Shown piece after piece: positions 1-6,299 of a stretch of 9,014 nucleotides of DNA. The position numbers and the translations under genes were made by a program. The stretch is taken from assembly GCF_006345805.1 (NCBI RefSeq), contig NW_021828167.1, forward strand, positions 1-9,014, given 5' to 3'. A model generated the notes under the pieces. It worked only from the letters and a program-made list of their open reading frames with translations, was not told the origin of the DNA and ran no database searches. Positions within the stretch are counted from its first letter, which is position 1; each line of letters opens with the position of its first letter. This DNA comes from Octopus sinensis (taxonomy: Eukaryota).

Positions 1-249
1 AATTAATGACATCAATATTTCTTCATTTTATGTTTTCTTTACATTTTGATTCTTGATAAACTCATGTTTATCCTCGTCTTTACCTAAAATTTATGAGCAG
101 AATATGTTTGCATATGGATGACCTTGATTAAAGAAAGGTTATATACCGGTAGTGTAATGGATACTTCTATCGCTTAGACGGTTGTTTTAACCTCTAACTC
201 AGCTAACCTCTCTCTCTTTATATACGTATATATATAATCTATATATATT

Positions 250-465
250 AAAGTTAATCCAAACATGAAAGCACAAAAAAAAACACAACAACAGCGAGGA
301 ACGTGGAACAAAATATAGTATATTGGACGCTCAGGAAAGAGGAAAGAAGGAGGGTTTAACGTTTCGAGCGGAGCTCTTCGTCGGAAACATAGGAGAAGGA
401 AAGATCCAGAGAAGGGAAGACAGAGGAAAAAATTCGCCAACGGTACACACGCAGTCACAGTTTGA
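250..465 (-). mobile_element. Penelope-like element terminal-repeat fragment carrying a minimal hammerhead, flanked on both sides by (TA)n
   Basis: Non-repetitive ~215 bp island between TA tracts (~218-249 and 466-483). It contains the signature (plus) aacgtttcgagcggagctcttcgtcgg = (minus) CCGACGA-AGAGCTCCGCTC-GAAACGTT, typical of Penelope terminal-repeat hammerheads. Family assignment is by recognition, not database search. Confidence 0.55.
354..388 (-). ncRNA. Minimal type I hammerhead ribozyme motif (U4C core variant)
   Basis: Minus strand reads GUUU CCGACGA A GAGC UCC GCUC GAAA C GU U AAAC. Stem I GUUU(388-385)/AAAC(357-354); core 384-378; extra A377; stem II GAGC/GCUC; GAAA 365-362; helix III is the palindrome AACGUU with no loop; predicted cut after GUU, between 358 and 357. 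Confidence 0.65.
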
Positions 466-497
<32 letters not shown>

Positions 498-516
498 ATG
501 TGTATGTGTGTGTGTG
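466..516. repeat. (AT)n-(TG)n compound microsatellite
   Basis: Direct reading of the sequence. Confidence 0.95.
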
Positions 517-534
517 TTGTGGAGGCGCGTGTTG

Positions 535-671
535 CCCTGCTGTGCACTGTGTATTCCTGGGTCTTGCATTTCCGTAGATGTTTCTTCACGGATGTTTCTG
601 CTTCCATGTTTCCTTATGCGTGAAACATCTACGGAAATGCCAAACCCGGGAATTCACAGTGCACAGCGGGG
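535..671. repeat. Long inverted repeat with 50-nt arms
   Basis: 535-584 is the reverse complement of 622-671 with 5 differences. The stem extends by cacg(587-590)/cgtg(619-622) if a 3-nt bulge is allowed. Loop is about 28 nt. Confidence 0.95.
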
Positions 672-711
672 TATCAGGATGGCCTTAGAATCTCTGAGGC
701 CATCCTGATAC
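671..711. repeat. 19-bp hairpin with 3-nt loop
   Basis: gtatcaggatggccttaga (671-689) / atc / tctgaggccatcctgatac (693-711): 18 Watson-Crick pairs plus one U-G on the + strand. Confidence 0.95.
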
Positions 712-809
712 ACCAAAGGAAACCAAATATCAACAACAGAAGAGTGTTACAGGAAGCTAGCTGGTTGCTAGAGCAACACCTTTTCGCGCATATATCAGGG
801 ACTTGCTGC

Positions 810-843
810 TTGAGTAGGCAAGGTAGGCAGTGCCTACACTCAA
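810..843. repeat. Small bulged hairpin with internal gtaggca direct repeat
   Basis: ttgag-taggca (810-820) pairs with tgccta-[ca]-ctcaa (831-843). gtaggca occurs twice. AATAAA at 842-847 overlaps the 3' end of the stem. Confidence 0.6.
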
Positions 844-926
844 TAAAATAGATCGATAGTTACATTTTTCTTTTATGGCAAAATATGCACCTAATTCAAT
901 AAAATTATGAAGGTTAGTCTGATTAC

Positions 927-976
927 TATGCAGCGCTGACGACGGGTAAATACTCAGAAACCCGGGTCCGTGCGTA
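927..976 (+). ncRNA. Minimal type I hammerhead ribozyme motif (canonical core, GUC site)
   Basis: UAUGCA-G-CG CUGACGA C GGGU AAAU ACUC A GAAA CCCGGG UC / CG UGCGUA. Core CUGACGA 936-942; stem II 944-955; GAAA 957-960; palindrome ACCCGGGU 960-967; GUC cut after 968; stem I of 2 + 6 bp with bulged G933. Confidence 0.8.
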
Positions 977-1231
977 TCACACCAAATATTTTATTTTTTG
1001 TGTATTATGTAGGCATAATTCGCCTGTGCTTTTCAATCTCAGTATTAAAACTACGCATAGTGCTGCTGTAGTACACGCGATGCGCACATTCCTACAACAA
1101 CGTTTTCTTTACGTGCTATAAAGGCAGAGTAATTTTGCCCCCAACTGTTTTTCGCTTATTTTTTGCGTGTTTTACTACATAAACGTCCCCAACAGCCTAT
1201 CCTGTGAAATTACTGACGGTACGTGCCTGAT

Positions 1232-1277
1232 ACACACACACACACACGCACACACACACATACACACACACACACAT
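1232..1277. repeat. (CA)n microsatellite
   Basis: Direct reading. It abuts the SINE fragment at the position of the SINE's internal microsatellite. Confidence 0.95.
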
Positions 1278-1280
1278 ATG

Positions 1281-1453
1281 TATGAGTGCGTATTTGTGAG
1301 TGTGTCAGTGATTATCCTCCACCCCGTCACCTCTTGATAACTGGTGTTGGTGAGTTTACGTCCCCGTAACTTAGCGGTTCGGCAAAAGAGACTGATAAAA
1401 TAAATAGCAGGTTTAAAAAATAATGACAGAAACAAGTAGAAAGAGGTAAAAGA
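1281..1453 (+). mobile_element. SINE family A, 3' half with internal deletion
   Basis: gtttacgtccccgtaacttagcggttcggcaaaagagactgata (1354-1397) matches 8920-8963 and the reverse complement of ~4645-4690. It ends in tgacagaaacaagtagaaagaggtaaaaga. About 60 nt present in the 4528-4970 copy are missing at ~1423. Confidence 0.88.
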
Positions 1454-1457
1454 TACG

Positions 1458-1609
1458 TATATATATATATATATATATCATACATACATTATATACATAT
1501 ATATATATATATATACTATATATATATATATATTATATTTTTTATATATATATATGTATATGTATATACATAAATATATGTATATATATATATATATTAT
1601 ATATATATA

Positions 1610-1640
<31 letters not shown>

Positions 1641-1709
1641 TAATATATATATTAATACATATATATATATATATATATATATTAATATATATATATACAT
1701 ATATATATT

Positions 1710-1748
<39 letters not shown>
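1458..1748. repeat. Long interrupted (TA)n microsatellite (~290 bp)
   Basis: Direct reading. Confidence 0.97.
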
Positions 1749-1752
<4 letters not shown>

Positions 1753-2119
1753 TACTGCGATGGTTTTTGTTGAGCAGCGTCGATTTTTACAATTCTGTAA
1801 ATAATAATAATAGTATTTTATAAGCTTAAAGCTTGTAAGCGATCACCGCGAAATGACTAAAGAAAATAGTCTAATAATGGAGCACACAAGCCCTCGATGG
1901 AAAATATGAATCAATGGGAAGTAAAATTTACACGAAAATATCCATTAGTTGAAGTATCGAGGGAGAGCAAAACTGCTATTTCTAGCTAGAAGTGTCTATT
2001 TCTCGAGACATTGAATGTAGATACTTTAAGGACAGAAAAAGGATGACAAAAAAAAAATGATTAAAGTTGAACCCATTAAATTCTTTGTTTTATCTTCTTC
2101 GGTGTTTGTTTGCTTACGT

Positions 2120-2270
2120 TGCTTTAAGAGGATTAAGGTACTGATATGAAGGCTCTTATTTTTTTTTTCAGTTTTGAGCCCTCTCAATGATTTCGTCAAC
2201 TTTGATACAAAGATATTCTTTCTATACTTGTTGATTTGCTTTATCAATTTCGTTGTTCAAAATGGTGGCC
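2120..2270 (-). pseudogene. Possible decayed retroelement ORF remnant (Penelope-type RT N-terminal region?)
   Basis: A minus frame reads NNEIDKANQQV*KEYLCIKVDEIIERAQN*KKK*EPSYQYLNPLK. This loosely resembles the Penelope ADKG...EY..KV.EI....YKKL..DP region. It has multiple stops and the match is by eye only. Confidence 0.2.
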
Positions 2271-2994
2271 GAATTGATAGTTGGGTAGGACTACTGTCCC
2301 CTTACTCGAATGCTATGGTGTTTTTCTTATCTAAGTCTATCAGTCTGTGGAGCCGGCAACCTCGGTCATTTTTATCCGACCGCTTCACAGATCTTACCAT
2401 TTCAACAACTCGTGATTTTTGTTCTATTATTTATGTTACAAGTGTTATTATTATCAATCCCGCTGTCCTATTCTGTTATTTCTTCATATTCCTTTAGTAT
2501 TATTTTATCATACTACGGTGAACCTACGTATTAAATCAATGTTAGTTTATCTGCAAGTTGATTTCATGACCCAGTTTTTGGTACGCTACGAACTTTCCCT
2601 CCCTTCATCGAAGGAAGCCGCTAGCCAGTAACACCAGTAATACGGCTGTAATTTCATTCAGAAGGTCCCAATGTGGTCACCCAATCTACTAATAATAGTA
2701 GTCAAGTCTTCGTCAAATCGCATTATGCCGTCTTAAAAACAAGAAAAACACGGACAGTTTCGGTTGGAACACTTTCGAGAATAGCTTTTGCGCTATAGTT
2801 CGACCTGTTAGAAGTAGAAGGCAATCTTTTTCAAAGAAATTTCAGTTCACTATCCAATGTCTTTAGAAAACATTCTATTTCTCTTTCCTCTGTGTATATA
2901 AAATATCATGAAAGATACAGAAATAATTTATTCCCAGACGCATGATAATGCTAATACAATAGTACGAACAGGATAAACTATCCATATATTGCAG

Positions 2995-3001
2995 AAAAAA
3001 A
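2995..3001 (-). terminator. Candidate RNA Pol III terminator (T7)
   Basis: Seven T on the minus strand, starting 9 nt downstream of the tRNA-like discriminator base at 3010. Confidence 0.45.
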
Positions 3002-3009
3002 TCGTTACC

Positions 3010-3082
3010 AGCCAGCCATGAGACTTGAACTCATATCCGTGTGATTACGCGTGAAGTGCTTTACCGTTAAGCTTAAACTGCC
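3010..3082 (-). pseudogene. tRNA-Thr(CGT)-like pseudogene / tRNA-like element
   Basis: Minus: GGCAGTT TAA GCTT AACGGTA AAGC A CTTCA CGCGTAA TCACA CGGAT ATGAG TTCAAGT CTCAT GGCTGGC T. Cloverleaf spacing is canonical apart from one extra base at 8-9. D stem is 4/4, T stem 5/5 with a TTCAAGT loop, acceptor 6/7 (2 G-U), anticodon CGT at 3049-3047. The anticodon stem is only 2/5 paired and position 33 is G. Confidence 0.65.
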
Positions 3083-3220
3083 CAGAAACGAATTGTTCTG
3101 CAATTTTAGAAATAAATTATTTCTGCATGTTTCAATACATCTGAACGCTTCTAAAGCAAGCTTTGTTTGTTTACTTTCATCGTATGTTGTATATAAAATA
3201 TAATATTTTGGTATGATAAA

Positions 3221-3223
3221 GTT

Positions 3224-3276
<53 letters not shown>

Positions 3277-3343
3277 TGTAGTAGTAGTAGTAGTAGTTGT
3301 AGTATTAGTAGTAGTAGTAGTAGTTGTAGTAGTAGTAGTAGTT

Positions 3344-3378
<35 letters not shown>

Positions 3379-3568
3379 TGTAGTAGTAGTTGTAGTAGTA
3401 GTAGTTGTAGTAGTAGTAGTAGTAGTAGTAGCAGTAGTAGTGGTGGTGGTAGCGGTAGTGGTAGTGGTAGTAGAAGTAGTGGTGGTGTTGTGGTGTTGGT
3501 GTTGGTGGTGCTGGTTTTAGTGGTAATGGTGATAGTAGTAGTAGAGGTGGTGATGGTGGTGGTTGCGT

Positions 3569-3603
<35 letters not shown>

Positions 3604-3616
3604 ATAGTAGTAGTAG
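3221..3616. repeat. Compound trinucleotide microsatellite (GTA)n-(GTG)n-(GCA)n
   Basis: Direct reading. It produces the artefactual poly-Y/poly-L and poly-V/poly-A ORFs. Confidence 0.97.
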
Positions 3617-3768
3617 AAGTCTATTTTCTAACGAGACAGAATAGGTATTTCGCGACTCAAATTTTGTATAAGAACATCCAACATCCTTAATGCGTCTAAA
3701 ATATTCGCCGTTCCAATTCCAACTCCGAAAAGTTGGCATTTAATTTCATTTGTCAGGGGAAAAAAGTG

Positions 3769-3773
<5 letters not shown>

Positions 3774-3839
<66 letters not shown>
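3774..3839. repeat. (GA)n microsatellite
   Basis: Direct reading. Confidence 0.97.
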
Positions 3840-3844
<5 letters not shown>

Positions 3845-4451
3845 GGAAAGAGAGGAACAAGTGAAAGAGAGGGGCTGGAAGCAAGAAAAACTATTTAACG
3901 CGTTTCCTTGTAATTTGACATTCAAACTTCATTTCATGCCTAAACCACTTTTTTTTTCCCCGTCCGTTATCGATGCTATAAACAAGAAACGTATTAGTGT
4001 TGCTGTTATTATTATTGTTAGTTTCTCCATTTTTCATTCATTCACTTTTCTTTTGCCATCAAGAAGAAAAAAAAATCACCAACATTCGTTTTCTTATTTA
4101 TTTATTTATTAATTTTATTTATTTATTTTTTTCAGGATAAATATACTTACTAGTTGAGTGATTCGAAATTCAGCCACGACACACATGTTCTAATATTATA
4201 AAATCTGTCCGAATAACAGAAAAAAAATGGCTGAAAAATGTTGTTTTCCCCGCTCTAATGTAATATCAATGACAGAATTTCCGAACGAAGTGGGTTTTCT
4301 GTTGTTTGTATTACAATTTTATTTTTCATTTTATTTTATTTTATTTACCAAGTTACTATTTATATGAGATCTCATTGGTAAGTTGTATCACACAGAATCT
4401 TGGAGAGGAGAGTAGTTTCGATAGAACATTGCAAAATTACTAAACAATAAT

Positions 4452-4513
4452 TCTTTTATTCTTTTATTCCTTATTTGTTTCAGCTGGAAGCTGTGGACAT
4501 CCTGGGGCACGGC
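4452..4513 (-). mobile_element. Diverged SINE family A 3' tail fragment
   Basis: tcttttattcttttattccttatttgtttcag..ctgtggacatcctggggcac parallels the adjacent copy's tcttttactcttttacttgtttcag..ctgcggccatgctggagcac (4533-4587). Confidence 0.6.
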
Positions 4514-4527
4514 TATTATTGTTAATG

Positions 4528-4754
4528 CTTACTCTTTTACTCTTTTACTTGTTTCAGTCATTTGACTGCGGCCATGCTGGAGCACCGGCTTTTTTAATCG
4601 AGCAACTCGACCCCGGGACTTATTCTTTTGTAAGCCCAATACTTATTCTATCGGTCTCTTTTGCCGAACCGCTAAGTAACGGGGACATAAACACACTAGC
4701 ATCGGTTGTCAAGCAATGCTAGGGGGACAAACACAGACACACAAACCACACACA

Positions 4755-4813
<59 letters not shown>

Positions 4814-4970
4814 GACGGGCTTCTTTCAGTTTCCGTCTACCAAACCCACTCACAAGGCTCTGGTCGGCCCGAGGCTATAGTAGAAGACACTAGCCCAAGA
4901 TGCCACGCAGTGGGACTGAACCCGGAACCATGTGGTTGGTAATCAAGCTACTTATCTTACAGCCGCTCCT
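4528..4970 (-). mobile_element. Near full-length tRNA-derived SINE (family A, octopus-type)
   Basis: Reverse-complement homolog of 8679-9014. It has a tRNA-like head with B box (minus GGTTCAGTCCC near 4914-4924), a central body, an internal (TA)n at ~4755-4812, and a 3' tail ending in (gtaaaaga)n. No target-site duplication was found. Confidence 0.93.
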
Positions 4971-5025
4971 TGTATATTTTAGACACATTTTTCGACTTCG
5001 TCTTTGAAATCGGTCTTATTCTCTT

Positions 5026-5143
5026 TTCGGGGTCGACTTTGCTTTTCATTCTTTCGGGGTACCAGTTGAGTTCTGGGGTCAATGTGATTGACTTTTCCTC
5101 TGCTGCGAAACTGCTGACCTCGAGCCAAAAGTTGAAACTATTA
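5026..5143 (+). mobile_element. SINE family B body/tail fragment
   Basis: ggggtcgactttgcttttcattctttcggggt..accagttgagttctggggtcaatgtgattgac..ctgctgacctcgagccaaaagttgaaacta aligns with 7981-8113. It lacks the cgataaaataagt segment present there. Confidence 0.75.
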
Positions 5144-5191
5144 TTTAAATATTCAATTTTGGTGGAAATTAAGAAAAATATTTTGAAATAC

Positions 5192-5243
5192 ATAGCATCC
5201 TCTCCGACGATGGCTTAGCTGACCGAAACTTCGAAGTCACTAT
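5192..5243 (+). ncRNA. Minimal type I hammerhead ribozyme motif (U4C core variant, GUC site)
   Basis: CCGACGA 5204-5210; extra U5211; stem II GG[C]UU/GACC 5212-5224; GAAA 5225-5228; palindrome ACUUCGAAGU 5228-5237; GUC cut after 5238. Stem I is weak: U5203-A5239 plus AUAG(5192-5195)/CUAU(5240-5243) across a 7-nt bulge. Confidence 0.65.
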
Positions 5244-5353
5244 TAACAACATTATTGTATAAGAATAGTAAACTTGTACTCTACAAAAGTATAGATAAAC
5301 CCATAAGATTAATGTAAAATTGTTATAACCGAACATAAAATCGAGCATTAATA

Positions 5354-5417
<64 letters not shown>

Positions 5418-5535
5418 TTATCTATCTATTTATCTATCTATCTATCTTTCTATCTATCTATCTGTCTATATATCTATCTCCCTCACGATACACCATACAC
5501 ACCACACACACACACCAACACACACACACACACAC

Positions 5536-5585
<50 letters not shown>
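5354..5585. repeat. (CTAT)n, (CA)n and (TA)n microsatellite block
   Basis: Direct reading: CTAT ~5354-5478, CA ~5497-5538, TA 5539-5585. Confidence 0.95.
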
Positions 5586-5586
<1 letters not shown>

Positions 5587-5691
5587 GACAGAAAATTCAC
5601 TCACACGAAGTTTTGGTCAGCCCGGAATTATAGAATATTACTTGTCCAAGTTGCCACAATTTGAAACTGCGTACTTGAAAGCAAACTTCTT
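5584..5691 (-). mobile_element. Degenerate SINE family A 5' half
   Basis: cactcacacgaagttttggtcagcccggaattatag..acttgtccaagttgccac..gcaaacttctt parallels 4845-4955 (cactcacaaggctctggtcggcccgaggctatag..actagcccaagatgccac..tcaagctactt) and follows a TA tract as in that copy. Confidence 0.7.
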
Positions 5692-5692
5692 T

Positions 5693-5748
5693 TTAAAAAA
5701 ACCCTCCTGGGGTCGATTCGTTGTCTGAAAACCCTTCAAGACGATGCC
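5693..5748 (+). mobile_element. Short SINE family A 3'-body fragment
   Basis: cctggggtcgattcgttgtctgaaaacccttcaagacgatgcc matches cctggagtcgatttgctc (8992-9010) and the reverse complement of ~4585-4620. Confidence 0.6.
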
Positions 5749-5862
5749 ATACTATCATATTATGGCTTCATGATGGCTGTCCACTCGCAACCGACTATTA
5801 AGACCATTTGCACCCTTGTGGCTTCTGCTGCTGCCTAATGAGCCTGAACTTGATAATGTTTA

Positions 5863-5897
5863 ATATAATATCATATATATATAATATATATATATAT

Positions 5898-5937
<40 letters not shown>
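5863..5937. repeat. (TA)n-(TG)n microsatellite
   Basis: Direct reading. Confidence 0.95.
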
Positions 5938-5939
5938 AT

Positions 5940-6256
5940 AAAAATATATATAAAAAACAAAATGGGACATGAACGCAAGACATTCAAATAGACGGCAGAA
6001 AAGAAACGGATGGGTCATTCGAAGCCTCTAATCTTCAGTCAAGAACCGGATCATCCTCACAATTTCGCTCCGATCCGGCCAGCCCCAAGGAAAAACTAAG
6101 CTACAAGTATTAGATTTCTTGGAAAAAGGATCGAATGTATACGAAAGAAGGACAGAAAAACGGACGATACCACGCGAATATAAATACAAAAAACAATAAT
6201 AATAATAACAGGACAAAAACAACAAGTGTCTTTCGACTTTAGACAGTTCAGCTTAG
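5940..6256 (-). mobile_element. Probable dispersed repeat, possibly a Penelope-like fragment, embedded in TA microsatellite
   Basis: Purine-skewed island between microsatellites with the same layout as 250-465. It carries a degenerate minus-strand CUGAAGA(6038-6032)...CGAA(6021-6018) motif. I also recall it as an octopus repeat, which is unverified. Confidence 0.35.

Positions 6257-6257
<1 letters not shown>

Positions 6258-6299
<42 letters not shown>

Noticed and set aside
577-618. Three 14-nt periodic units considered as a CRISPR-like array
   Set aside because: Contiguous units with no spacers, too short, and no cas genes. It is a minisatellite-like triplication within the hairpin.
174-708. 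ORFs 174-569, 323-577 and 484-708
   Set aside because: They run through TA/TG microsatellites, the hammerhead-bearing repeat and the inverted repeat. The mirrored peptides (PGIHSAQ on both strands) come from the palindrome.
1891-1963. 8-bp inverted repeat ccctcgat/atcgaggg
   Set aside because: Too short, with no target-site duplication or consistent internal stem.
2096-2102. CCGAAGA core-like heptamer on the minus strand
   Set aside because: No stem II or GAAA follows.
2174-2497. 107-aa hydrophobic plus ORF after a T-run/CAG
   Set aside because: Non-ATG start, no recognisable family, and hydrophobicity is expected from T-rich sequence.
3305-3739. 144-aa minus ORF with poly-L/P/H/Y, and the overlapping 3490-3690 plus ORF
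   Set aside because: Open only because of the trinucleotide microsatellite. No domain and no splice support.
3750-4112. ORF with an (ER)n run
   Set aside because: Produced by (GA)n; the rest is low-complexity and AT-rich.
4100-4160. Strong polypyrimidine-CAG acceptor at 4133-4135
   Set aside because: All three frames stop within about 25 nt and only a weak GTGATT donor follows. It cannot be supported without transcript data.
4484-4522. Apparent exon after a strong acceptor, encoding GSCGHPGA (like a Sushi/CCP domain start)
   Set aside because: The sequence aligns with the antisense SINE tail next door, has no good donor, and the peptide does not continue as a Sushi domain.
4519-5218. ORFs 4519-4722, 4706-4942, 4957-5193 and 4970-5218; likewise 1175-1435 and 8653-9012
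   Set aside because: They are largely translations of SINE sequence and microsatellite.
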